Source: an uncultured Gammaproteobacteria bacterium
Lineage (GTDB): Bacteria; Patescibacteriota; Microgenomatia; Levybacterales; UBA12049
DNA: 64,000 bases
Assembly (NCBI GenBank): GCA_964653195.1
Contig: CAZZCX010000003.1
Span: 11,688 to 75,687 of the forward strand
Direction: 5' to 3'
A program made the translations under genes and the position numbers. Positions 38,742 to 47,139 of the stretch are shown here, piece after piece (the first letter of the stretch is position 1; the number at the start of each line of letters is the position of its first letter). The notes under the pieces were generated by a model. That model did no database searches and was not told where the DNA came from. It worked only from the letters and a program-made list of their open reading frames with translations.

Positions 38742-40048
38742 TATTTATTATTTCTTATTCTTCCAAGCATAGGTTTGTTATCTAGATAAACCAATTGCGC
38801 TTCGCAGACATTTTGCATTTCCTGAAGCACATTAAATGGGATATTTCCGACATAATCATTATTGGAACCGTACCCAGCTATTCCATGCATAGGATTGACA
38901 GTTCTTCCCATAAATTTAGTTGGATGAGGTAGAAAGCTCCACCTATGTGTACTTCTCGTTACGCCTCCATAAACTCTACTCTCGTCTTGATATTCGGGAT
39001 ATTCTGCGGTTAAGCCTTTTTCTTGTACAGCTTGCTTTGCTTTACCCCTCAAAGCCATCATAGCATCTATATGCGTAGTTAAACCAGTTAAATATTGAAG
39101 TGTTTCTTGAGGTAAACTGCCGAAATCGCCACTCATTGCAGATTTTCTAATATAATCTATTGCATCAGGATCTACTCCTTGTGCAATTAAGCCACTGTCG
39201 GGGATGCAATCTAAGAGGGTGTATATCCTTCTCATAAGAGCATTGTTTTGTCTGGGTTCTTTTAATAGTCCAGCAGTTTTATCTTTAGATAAAATTAACT
39301 GGTCTTCATATGCAGCGTGGAATTCATCTCCAATAGGAAGAGCTATTGAATCCCTTAGAGACCTAATACGAATTCGGTCTGAAACTCCTTGTTCTTCTAA
39401 GTATCTAGTTGCAATTAAACGGTTTACTTTAGAATCACTATTATTAAAACCTAAATACGGATCTTCGGGTAATATATCTGTTTCGTCAACGATTGTAAAA
39501 TTTATATTTAAGCCAATTTCCTTTGCTACTCTTCCCATCACTGCTTGATATCTTAACATTTCAAATTCTGCATAATCTATCTTAGTATCTGGAGAGCCTG
39601 TTCTACTAGGCGATTGTGTTTTGCTCAAAGCATAATATTGAACCAGATTTACTCCTATTCCGTTGGCCGCTCGTTCACAAAAATGAGTTATATCTTCTTC
39701 TGTCGGTTTATATGCATCATTCCCGGTGGCGACCCAAGGTTTTATAAATTCAGAATAAAAAGCTCCTGCGACTTTAACTGTGGAATTTGCTGATTCTCTA
39801 ACTCTTACAGGCAATCCTTTTCTCATTTCCTTAATATTTAATCTTTTTTCAATTACCTCAAGCCGTTTGCTTACTTCATCGTCAATATCAAAGGTATTTA
39901 AACCTTCTTTTTTAGCGACTCGTTGTAAATCAAAGTAATATAAATCAGCAGTTCTCTCTTCTTCCGAACGTTTTAAATCTGGACCGAATAATAAATCGCC
40001 TCGCCTAGAATGTGTTATTGGTTTATTTCTTTCAATCGACATAACCAT
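38741..40048 (-). CDS. Uncharacterized enzyme-like protein (435 aa), with non-K/N-rich composition and higher GC than the background
   Basis: A long ORF with no family recognised by eye. Its start is immediately preceded by a hairpin and T7. Confidence 0.35.
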   Translation of the reverse strand: MVMSIERNKPITHSRRGDLLFGPDLKRSEEERTADLYYFDLQRVAKKEGLNTFDIDDEVSKRLEVIEKRLNIKEMRKGLPVRVRESANSTVKVAGAFYSEFIKPWVATGNDAYKPTEEDITHFCERAANGIGVNLVQYYALSKTQSPSRTGSPDTKIDYAEFEMLRYQAVMGRVAKEIGLNINFTIVDETDILPEDPYLGFNNSDSKVNRLIATRYLEEQGVSDRIRIRSLRDSIALPIGDEFHAAYEDQLILSKDKTAGLLKEPRQNNALMRRIYTLLDCIPDSGLIAQGVDPDAIDYIRKSAMSGDFGSLPQETLQYLTGLTTHIDAMMALRGKAKQAVQEKGLTAEYPEYQDESRVYGGVTRSTHRWSFLPHPTKFMGRTVNPMHGIAGYGSNNDYVGNIPFNVLQEMQNVCEAQLVYLDNKPMLGRIRNNK

Positions 40049-40226
40049 AAAAAAACCCGCCTATTGGCGGGGATCCTTTCTTTTGGTTGATACCAAAAAT
40101 CCTCCCGCCCTTAGGGGGTAATAAGGAGGACAAAAATCATGTTTAATGCGTGTTTCATAAAACCAGAAATTTATTCTAGCACATCATTAATTGCATGACA
40201 AGTATTTATTTGAATATGAAAAATCT

Positions 40227-41063
40227 TTATGTAAAAATTACTTGTGAGCTAGGCGTTAGTCCAAATTCCTTCGCAGCACTTTCTCCTTGAATCACAAGCT
40301 CAATAAATCGTTTATCTTTATACCCAGAGCTTCCGAGAATTAGCGCTTTATTACCATTAGGTACGTCTCTGAGCCTGGTAAAGCATTTAAATACACCTAA
40401 ATTGGTGTTTATATCTTTTCCATTTTCAAATTCGATTTCTTTCGGAAGAATAGTTGTTTTACAGTTTCCGAAATTATCGACGTACCAAATGGCACTCTTT
40501 ACTTGAGGTACATGGCTAAGGGTGTAGGATGCAGCAGGTACGGTTATCCCGTCCACCAGCCATTTTGCTACTCTTGGCTGGAATTCAAAGCTTCGGAACT
40601 GAGTATTTATTATTTGCATAGCTAGGACGACTGAGATGATTTTATCCTCTGCCATTTTATTTGCGACTTCGGGTATATCTAGCAGTTGAATAGAATTTAT
40701 AAGTCTAAGTTTTTTCACCATTGATAATGTTAACCCATCAATTGTTGAAATAACGAGCGTATCATTGATGTAGAAATATCCAAAAGGAGTGCCGTTAGGC
40801 CATTTTTTCCCCTTGCCATGGCGATTGGCTACGTTTACAAGTATTATTCCTTTTTCGCCATTTGCTGCATCCAGTGTGTCTATAAGGCATCCGGCTGCTT
40901 GGTATTCTGCGGGGTCATGAGAATTATTAGATACAAGATTTCCTCCTACTCCAATTATCGTTGGAGATATTCCGAAAAGTGAACTCACTCTCGTCCCAAG
41001 TCTGGCTTTTACGTTCTCATCGAAGCAATCGTTAATTATAGTAATAAATCTCGTTTTTTCCAT
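40227..41063 (-). CDS. DUF62 / S-adenosyl-L-methionine hydroxide adenosyltransferase-like protein (the fluorinase/chlorinase SalL fold family)
   Basis: The C-terminal IWYVDNFGNCKTTI resembles the D.FGN..TNi motif of the SAM-hydrolase C-domain. The N-terminal ITIINDCFD and the central YFYINDTLVISTIDGLTLS resemble the TDFG and PDNGLLS blocks. The match is by eye only. Confidence 0.45.
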   Translation of the reverse strand: MEKTRFITIINDCFDENVKARLGTRVSSLFGISPTIIGVGGNLVSNNSHDPAEYQAAGCLIDTLDAANGEKGIILVNVANRHGKGKKWPNGTPFGYFYINDTLVISTIDGLTLSMVKKLRLINSIQLLDIPEVANKMAEDKIISVVLAMQIINTQFRSFEFQPRVAKWLVDGITVPAASYTLSHVPQVKSAIWYVDNFGNCKTTILPKEIEFENGKDINTNLGVFKCFTRLRDVPNGNKALILGSSGYKDKRFIELVIQGESAAKEFGLTPSSQVIFT

Positions 41064-41248
41064 AAAAAAACCTCCTTTCGGAGGCTGTTCGTAATAGATA
41101 CTATAACGAAACCTCCGTTAGGAAGTCATCATTTCCATCATATTTACTGAATAAATTTTCATATAGATTACTCTACTTTATATACGATTTTAATATCAAA
41201 TTCAATAAGCAAATTGAGTTAATTTTGAATTCTGAATTCTAAATTCTA

Positions 41249-41944
41249 TTATCCTGTTTGCGTTGCTGGAGTGCGTTCGTTATTTAGAGTAAAGCTGGTA
41301 CCATGTTTTTTAGCCATTGCGCCATATTTCTTTAGTGATTTTTTACTTTTCATCACAGAAAGCCACGCGCCAGCATCTTCAACTTTCATTCTTATTTTTC
41401 TGACCTCCAATAGCAACCATTCAAAAAAATTAGTGTAATACTTACCGGATTTGATGGGCTTATCTTCAACAGTAAGGACAGCAAATTCAGCTTTTAAAAT
41501 GCCAGACGAACCAATTAATCGTTTAAGTTCATTCATGATATCTTCTATTCTATTCTCAAGCTGTACAGCCTCACTTCTTGATAATCGTTCTGAGCCCTGA
41601 ATTACCTCAGCTCTATAATTAATTCCTCCCAGAATATCCATTCGCTTTTCGGGTCTTCGACTTTCAGTTTGATTCTTTTTTGTTCTAATATCATGATTTC
41701 TTTTGCTTTTTAAATCTATTGCCTGGCCTTCAATCATTACGCCACTGAAATAATTATCTGATCTTTCAGTACTATCATAGCCTAATAGCTGAGAAATAAA
41801 GTCTGAACCTGTGCCTGATAGCTGATCTTTTATTGCACTTGTAGTTTTTTTTAATTCTGATGCAGCAGTAGAATTATCCAGTTGAGGATCTTTTTCTATA
41901 GGATTAACTTTGCTTATGGCAGGCTGACTGGCTTTTTTGATCAT
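41249..41944 (-). CDS. Hypothetical protein
   Basis: A 231-aa ORF with a hydrophilic N-terminus and no recognised motif. Confidence 0.3.
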   Translation of the reverse strand: MIKKASQPAISKVNPIEKDPQLDNSTAASELKKTTSAIKDQLSGTGSDFISQLLGYDSTERSDNYFSGVMIEGQAIDLKSKRNHDIRTKKNQTESRRPEKRMDILGGINYRAEVIQGSERLSRSEAVQLENRIEDIMNELKRLIGSSGILKAEFAVLTVEDKPIKSGKYYTNFFEWLLLEVRKIRMKVEDAGAWLSVMKSKKSLKKYGAMAKKHGTSFTLNNERTPATQTG

Positions 41945-41959
41945 ATTGCCCGCACTCTA

Positions 41960-42805
41960 TCACAAGTTTTTCAAAAAATCAAGGGTCTTTTGCTGTCTAA
42001 GTATACTTGCTAGCATATAACTGTTTTTTTGTAAGTTTTCCATCTCTATAGGATCTTTTGCTTTTTGAATTGCTTCTTTAAGCTCTTTATCCTCAATTGT
42101 TATCTTTTCTTCTTCAGCAATTTTTTGAAGGATAAACTCTAGTTTTATGTCACCTTCTGCTTTGACTGCATATTCATTACGTAGTTCTTCTGGCTTTTTT
42201 TGTGTAGACGCAAGATACTGATCAAGCGTAAGTCCTAAACGTTTAATTTCATCTAATGTTTGAGCAAGTAGCCTATCCACTTCCTGTTCAATCATTATTG
42301 TAGGGACTGAAACTGTTGAGGCACCCAAAAGTTCTTTTACGATTTCATCAAGACTTACTTCTTGCTTCTTTTCTTCTTTACCTGGCAAGATTATTTTAGA
42401 TTTGGCAGTAACTTTTTTTATTGCATCTTTATATTTGCCTAGCTTTACTTCAGGCATTTCACAAGTTATAGCAATTATATTCCAGTCTTTATCATCTGGG
42501 AGTGTATCGACATGAATTTTTGGATTCATGATTGGTTTTATTTTATGTTCTTCAACAGCTTTGACATAAGCATTTGGTAGTAGTTTTCTTAGTACTTCTT
42601 CTTTGATCTTAGCTTTATTTATAGTAGGTTCTACTATATGACGGGGTGCTTTTCCTTTTCTGAATCCGGTTATTTCGGCATTAGATACGTAAGTTGTGAT
42701 TATTTCATCTGTAGTTTTTTTTATCTCAGGCTGAGTAATGCTGATCGTTAGATGGATCGTACCATCTTCTTTGCGTTCAAATTTGGAGTTAGATATATTT
42801 GTCAT
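41960..42805 (-). CDS. tig: Trigger factor (ribosome-binding N-domain plus C-domain; no PPIase domain)
   Basis: The ribosome-docking signature GFRKGKAP is at the expected position. The 281-aa length means the FKBP domain is absent. Confidence 0.75.
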   Translation of the reverse strand: MTNISNSKFERKEDGTIHLTISITQPEIKKTTDEIITTYVSNAEITGFRKGKAPRHIVEPTINKAKIKEEVLRKLLPNAYVKAVEEHKIKPIMNPKIHVDTLPDDKDWNIIAITCEMPEVKLGKYKDAIKKVTAKSKIILPGKEEKKQEVSLDEIVKELLGASTVSVPTIMIEQEVDRLLAQTLDEIKRLGLTLDQYLASTQKKPEELRNEYAVKAEGDIKLEFILQKIAEEEKITIEDKELKEAIQKAKDPIEMENLQKNSYMLASILRQQKTLDFLKNL

Positions 42806-42916
42806 AGTTTAATATGTGCGGGCGAGAGGATCCTTCGACTATGCTCAGGATCTAACTTACCAGCTTTTTTTCAGTTTCCTCAAATTTAAAACTTCGACTC
42901 TGAGTTTATCGAAGAG

Positions 42917-42997
42917 TGCGGGCGAGAGGACTCGGACCTCCACGGATTTCTCCACAAGGTCCTAAACCTTGCGTGTATACCATTTCACCACGCCCGC
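42917..42997 (-). tRNA. tRNA-Leu (anticodon UAG)
   Basis: Reverse complement: acceptor GCGGGCG/CGCCCGC, anticodon stem CAAGG/CCUUG with loop UUUAGGA, and a long variable arm. Confidence 0.7.
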
Positions 42998-43243
42998 AGG
43001 TATATGTCCTCGTCTTCCCTAGGCAAGCTTATTTATTATAAAACATTTTAGACTAAATGAAAATAGATGTATATTTAAATGTATCTAGGTTTACAAAATT
43101 GATTTGAGGATACAATATGGAGTTTTTCCACAAAAAATAGGATCGCCTCAGGTTTGGGCTGAGGCCATCCTATCTAGGCGTGAGTATAGCATTTAACTAT
43201 AGGTTTGTCAAGTAGCAATTTATGATGTTTTTAATACGATTCT

Positions 43244-43822
43244 TTACTGCATTTTTTCCATGAAGTGGTTTACGGAGCGAGCCCAGCTACCATTACTGGA
43301 TGGAGTGTACATGCTCATAATCTGTTCTGGTGTTATAAGTCCCCGATCTCGGTATTTTGTCGCCAACGTTTTTGTTACAGTTTCTATAGCTTGAGGATAA
43401 TTCTCAAATCTGGTTACTTTACCGCCATAAATTCCAAATCCCCAGCAATTATGAGAATCTATAGGAATTTTTTTACATAGATTTGATTCCTGCATTGCTA
43501 TTGCCGGTATTAAGCGAAAATCCATTTCATAATTATCAGCTGTTTGGACTATGAATTCAGCATGAGGCTCAAGCGGTGAATTGTATTTTGAGAGGAATTG
43601 TCTGACCGTTTCTATCCTTCCTTCCTTCAAAATTATGTTACCTGAAAAATTACTTGAAGATGAAGGAAGCGCAGCATATGTAAATGCATTTACTTTTTTG
43701 TCATTTGCATAAACCAATCGATCAGTATCTCTTGGGATTGTGGTTAAGAGGAAAATAAGAGTGAAAAGAAATAAAAATGGCGCTATAAAAGAAAACGTTA
43801 CAAGCAGAATAACTTTTCTCAT
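43244..43822 (-). CDS. Membrane-anchored peptidoglycan hydrolase-like protein (lysozyme/glucosaminidase-type domain)
   Basis: An N-terminal TM. AIAMQESNLCKKIP...CWGFGIYGG resembles the catalytic-Glu region of lytic transglycosylase or glucosaminidase folds. Confidence 0.45.
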   Translation of the reverse strand: MRKVILLVTFSFIAPFLFLFTLIFLLTTIPRDTDRLVYANDKKVNAFTYAALPSSSSNFSGNIILKEGRIETVRQFLSKYNSPLEPHAEFIVQTADNYEMDFRLIPAIAMQESNLCKKIPIDSHNCWGFGIYGGKVTRFENYPQAIETVTKTLATKYRDRGLITPEQIMSMYTPSSNGSWARSVNHFMEKMQ

Positions 43823-43936
43823 CCACTTTATACTTACAAATATTTATCTAGTTGTCAAGTTTTGCGATCAATTTATGAAAAAGATGATATATTTAATTGT
43901 GTGACATAAGATCGTTTGTTACAATACAAATTGCTC

Positions 43937-44022
43937 GCCCTGGTGGTGGAATGGTAGACGCGCTGGCTTCAGGTGCCAGTGTCCGCAAGGACATGGGAGT
44001 TCAAGTCTCCCTCAGGGCACCA
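43937..44022 (+). tRNA. tRNA-Leu (anticodon CAG), CCA encoded
   Basis: Acceptor GCCCUGG/UCAGGGC, anticodon stem CUGGC/GCCAG with loop UUCAGGU, a long variable arm, and T-arm GGGAG-UUCAAGU-CUCCC. Confidence 0.8.
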
Positions 44023-44136
44023 GTTTTGCAACGCAAAATACTTTAAACTTATGACTTAAAACTATATTAAAAATAAGTTATAATGCATTAAGTTCTAAGT
44101 TTATAGTTCATTGTTATTTTTACCTTTTAAAAATAC

Positions 44137-44219
44137 GCGGATGTGGTGAAATGGTATACACGCAGCCTTGAGGTGGCTGTGCCGTAAAAAGCGTGGAGGT
44201 TCAAGTCCTCTCATCCGCA
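44137..44219 (+). tRNA. tRNA-Leu (anticodon GAG)
   Basis: Acceptor GCGGAUG/CAUCCGC, anticodon stem CAGCC/GGCUG with loop UUGAGGU, and a long variable arm. Confidence 0.75.
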
Positions 44220-44223
44220 CAAA

Positions 44224-44297
44224 GGACGATTAGCTCAGCTGGCTAGAGCGCTTCATTTACACTGAAGAAGTCGGGGGTTCAAATCCCTCATCGTCCA
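44224..44297 (+). tRNA. tRNA-Val (anticodon UAC)
   Basis: Acceptor GGACGAU/AUCGUCC, anticodon stem CUUCA/UGAAG with loop UUUACAC, and T-arm GGGGG-UUCAAAU-CCCUC. Confidence 0.8.
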
Positions 44298-44302
44298 CTA
44301 TA

Positions 44303-44569
44303 ATGCCTTACGTTTATATTTTATTAAGCGAAAAGTACAATACATATTATATTGGGAGTACTAAAGATCTTATTCGTAGGTTAAAAGAACATACCTCAGG
44401 TGCATCAAGATTTACAAAGTATAGACTCCCACTTCGCCTGGTTTTTAGTCAAAAGTATCCAGATATAAAAAATGCCAGATCTGTCGAGAATTGGATTAAA
44501 AAACAAAAAGATAGGAAATTATTAATTAATATAATTAAAGAAGGTAAGATAAATAAAGAATTTGTATAG
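44303..44569 (+). CDS. GIY-YIG nuclease domain protein (88 aa)
   Basis: YVYILLS...YYIGSTKDLIRRLKEH...ENW matches the GIY-YIG core (GIY, YIG, Arg, Glu, Asn). Confidence 0.75.
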   Translation: MPYVYILLSEKYNTYYIGSTKDLIRRLKEHTSGASRFTKYRLPLRLVFSQKYPDIKNARSVENWIKKQKDRKLLINIIKEGKINKEFV

Positions 44570-44591
44570 AGCGGTCCGGTGTACACCGGAC

Positions 44592-44624
44592 AAGTCGGGG
44601 GTTCAAATCCCTCATCGTCCACTA
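44592..44624 (+). repeat. 33-bp perfect direct repeat of the tRNA-Val(UAC) 3' end (copy 2; copy 1 is 44268-44300)
   Basis: aagtcgggggttcaaatccctcatcgtccacta is identical at both sites, bracketing the GIY-YIG ORF. Confidence 0.9.
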
Positions 44625-44660
44625 TTTGTAAACTTATTTGTAAATACAATAGTAAATAGA

Positions 44661-45566
44661 TCAAGTGGGTTGAACGCAGACTCTATTCGTAATAAGACTT
44701 ATTATATTCGTTAGCTGATTATTGACAGGTGCATGAAAGTAATCGTTTGGACCTGAAGCCACATTTCTCATCATATTTTGAAGTTTGTCATTTAATTTTG
44801 CATCTGCATGATCATCAGTAAAGGCGATTGTAAATATTCTAGTCCCATTGGCTTTTATTCTCGCTGCTACATCGGTTGGATCTTGATTGGTATCAAAACA
44901 CCGACATGCACTTGCAGCCAGTGGATGTCTCATACAGTATTCACCATTCTGACCCCCGGGGCACAGATTATTCATTTGGCGTGATTCGGGTATTCCATCA
45001 GATATAAATACTAATGAGAATTGGAAATCAGGAAATAAACCTTTTCCTAGGTTGATATTTCTTTCAGCGACAAGGAAAGCATCCCTGCTGTGAGTAGCTG
45101 TCTGTGGGCCCATAGCGCTAACTTCTTCGAGAAAAAGCGTTTTAGATTCATTAAAAATAGAAAAAGGTACCCTTTCTCGTACTTGTTCGCTATATGTCTG
45201 CATGGCGATTGCTCCTGTTGGCGGAAAATATTCCGCAAAAGTACGCAGTGCTGTCTTTAATTGGTCAATTTTCGAATCAGGTTCACCGAATTGCATAGAT
45301 CCTGAATTATCTATAAGAAAGTTTATAGCAGTTTTGTTTTTGCATTGAAGCACTCCAAAGGTACCTAATTGCAACCCTTCCTGCGTAGTGCTTCCTGTTC
45401 CGAAAAGTTCTGTCTCGTATGTGCCTTGATTTGTAAATGGTGACAGTCGTGTGAATACTCCTCCTGCCAGAGCAAATGCCAATATTAAGATCAAAATAAC
45501 AATAAAGTCTCCGCTTATTAGATTGCGTCTTTTTTTACCTTGATTTATATTTATACTTCCTGACAT
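44661..45566 (-). CDS. von Willebrand factor A (VWA) domain protein with an N-terminal TM anchor
   Basis: MIDAS motif DNSGSM. A later TIAFTDDHAD segment fits the VWA fold. Confidence 0.65.
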   Translation of the reverse strand: MSGSININQGKKRRNLISGDFIVILILILAFALAGGVFTRLSPFTNQGTYETELFGTGSTTQEGLQLGTFGVLQCKNKTAINFLIDNSGSMQFGEPDSKIDQLKTALRTFAEYFPPTGAIAMQTYSEQVRERVPFSIFNESKTLFLEEVSAMGPQTATHSRDAFLVAERNINLGKGLFPDFQFSLVFISDGIPESRQMNNLCPGGQNGEYCMRHPLAASACRCFDTNQDPTDVAARIKANGTRIFTIAFTDDHADAKLNDKLQNMMRNVASGPNDYFHAPVNNQLTNIISLITNRVCVQPT

Positions 45567-45572
45567 AGCTTA

Positions 45573-45938
45573 TTATAAAGGTTGTGGTCCAGGTGGTTTA
45601 GGTTTCTTGGTCGGCTTACTACCGCCGTTGTTATTTCCATTATTATTTTCGTCGTCATCATCCGGGGTTCTGGTAGGTCTTGGTGTAGGGGTGACAGTGA
45701 CTACGATAAACGTACACGCATGTAGATTGTCTCCCTTACAGCTTGGATCAGGAATAGTTATGTATTCGGTGGTGATTCGAGTCCGGGGAGTGTTAGGTAT
45801 GAACAAAAAACCACCAATAACAAGGCTACCTGCTGCTATTGCGAGTATTATACTTATCCACCCTATTCCTTTTGCTTTTAGAATTTTCTTATTTTTTATG
45901 TGTTTAGTTTTATTTTTTAAACTTATTTTTTTTCTCAT
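45573..45938 (-). CDS. Small membrane-anchored protein with a Pro/Thr/Asn-rich low-complexity tail
   Basis: A TM segment WISIILAIAAGSLVIGGFLF is followed by TVTPTPRPTRTPDDDDENNNGNNNGGSKPTKKPKPPGPQPL. Confidence 0.4.
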   Translation of the reverse strand: MRKKISLKNKTKHIKNKKILKAKGIGWISIILAIAAGSLVIGGFLFIPNTPRTRITTEYITIPDPSCKGDNLHACTFIVVTVTPTPRPTRTPDDDDENNNGNNNGGSKPTKKPKPPGPQPL

Positions 45939-46036
45939 CTAATTAAAGAGTAGATGAGCATTTTATTAAAGTCAAGTAAACTCTAAGCATATTGTCATAC
46001 GTCAGTAAAATTGCTATTATAAGTTGGTTCAGAAAT

Positions 46037-46109
46037 GCCGAGGTAGCCAAGGTGGTCACGGCGGGTGTCTGAAGAACATCAGATATGTGTTCAACTCACA
46101 TCCTCGGCA
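46037..46109 (+). tRNA. tRNA-Phe (anticodon GAA)
   Basis: Acceptor GCCGAGG/CCUCGGC, anticodon stem GGUGU/ACAUC with loop CUGAAGA, and T-arm AUGUG-UUCAACU-CACAU. Confidence 0.65.
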
Positions 46110-46229
46110 CTTAAAATATAATTGATTTCTGTATATTATTTGTTTGAAAATTAAAAGAATCTGATTACTTTTTATCAAAGTGGAGAGATTTTTGCATCAA
46201 AAATATAGTATTCCTGCTAAATTTTTTTA

Positions 46230-46967
46230 CTACTGAGGTGTTGTACCGTATATAGTTATTAGAGTTCCTGGTGTTTCCTTAGTCGCATATGTGACATTTT
46301 TTGTACTGGGAGGATTTGCCCAATTATAAAGTTTCGCGACGTCTTCTTCTCGCATATTCACACATCCATGACTCATAGGATTTCCGAAATTATTATGCCA
46401 GTAAGCGCCATGTATCCCATATCCTTTACTTTTTGGTACTTTGTCATTATAGAAAAACATTGTGTAGGGTACATTGGGTAAGTTATAATAATTTGCGCCT
46501 GTTCCTCCCTGCATGCGGGTATAGCGGAGCTTTATCCAAATACGAAAATCACCAGTTGGAGTTGGCCACCAGGGTTTTCCTGAAGAAATCGTGAATTCAT
46601 GGATTAGTGTATTATTTTCGAAGGCGTACAATTTTTGTTTACTTAAGTCGACATAGATCCGCTTACTGTCTTCCGCCGTATCTCCAAGGACATTATTATT
46701 CACAGCAATTTTATATGGTTTGTCAGCTAACGCTGGACCAGCGATTTTTTTGCCTTCAAATTGCCCAGTGTTGTCATCTGAATAGTGGCCTGATAAATCA
46801 GAGATACAGCTTATGCTATTTGCACAATCGAGGTCATTTGTTGGTTTAGATGGGAGAAGTAGAATTGAGAAAATGCTTATGAAAAGTAGAGAAAATATAA
46901 GAATCAACTTTCTTTTATGATATAACAGTCCTTTCACCTTTTTATTTTTATTGTTTTTTCGAGGCAT
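46230..46967 (-). CDS. L,D-transpeptidase (YkuD domain), N-terminally anchored
   Basis: Catalytic motif SHGCVNM (His, Gly, Cys) near the C-terminus. Confidence 0.75.
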   Translation of the reverse strand: MPRKNNKNKKVKGLLYHKRKLILIFSLLFISIFSILLLPSKPTNDLDCANSISCISDLSGHYSDDNTGQFEGKKIAGPALADKPYKIAVNNNVLGDTAEDSKRIYVDLSKQKLYAFENNTLIHEFTISSGKPWWPTPTGDFRIWIKLRYTRMQGGTGANYYNLPNVPYTMFFYNDKVPKSKGYGIHGAYWHNNFGNPMSHGCVNMREEDVAKLYNWANPPSTKNVTYATKETPGTLITIYGTTPQ

Positions 46968-47067
46968 ACATATAGCGTAGGAAAAAAATAATTGTTTGTA
47001 AAGAAGGAAATTTATCTAATAAAATAAATCTATTAATTTAGAATAAAAATATAATTATGAGTTTGTG

Positions 47068-47139
47068 AGCGGTGGACCGGATTTGAACCGGCGACCTCGT
47101 CCTTGGCAAGGACGCATTCTACCACTGAACTACCACCGC
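47068..47139 (-). tRNA. tRNA-Gly (anticodon GCC)
   Basis: Reverse complement: acceptor GCGGUGG/CCACCGC, anticodon stem CGUCC/GGACG with loop UUGCCAA, and T-arm GCCGG-UUCAAAU-CCGGU. Confidence 0.75.

Noticed and set aside
42893-42917. cttcga...tcgaag inverted repeat just 3' of tRNA-Leu(UAG)
   Set aside because: It is a weak stem of 6 bp with a 12-nt loop. It is probably only a minor tRNA 3' processing or terminator element and is not reported separately.
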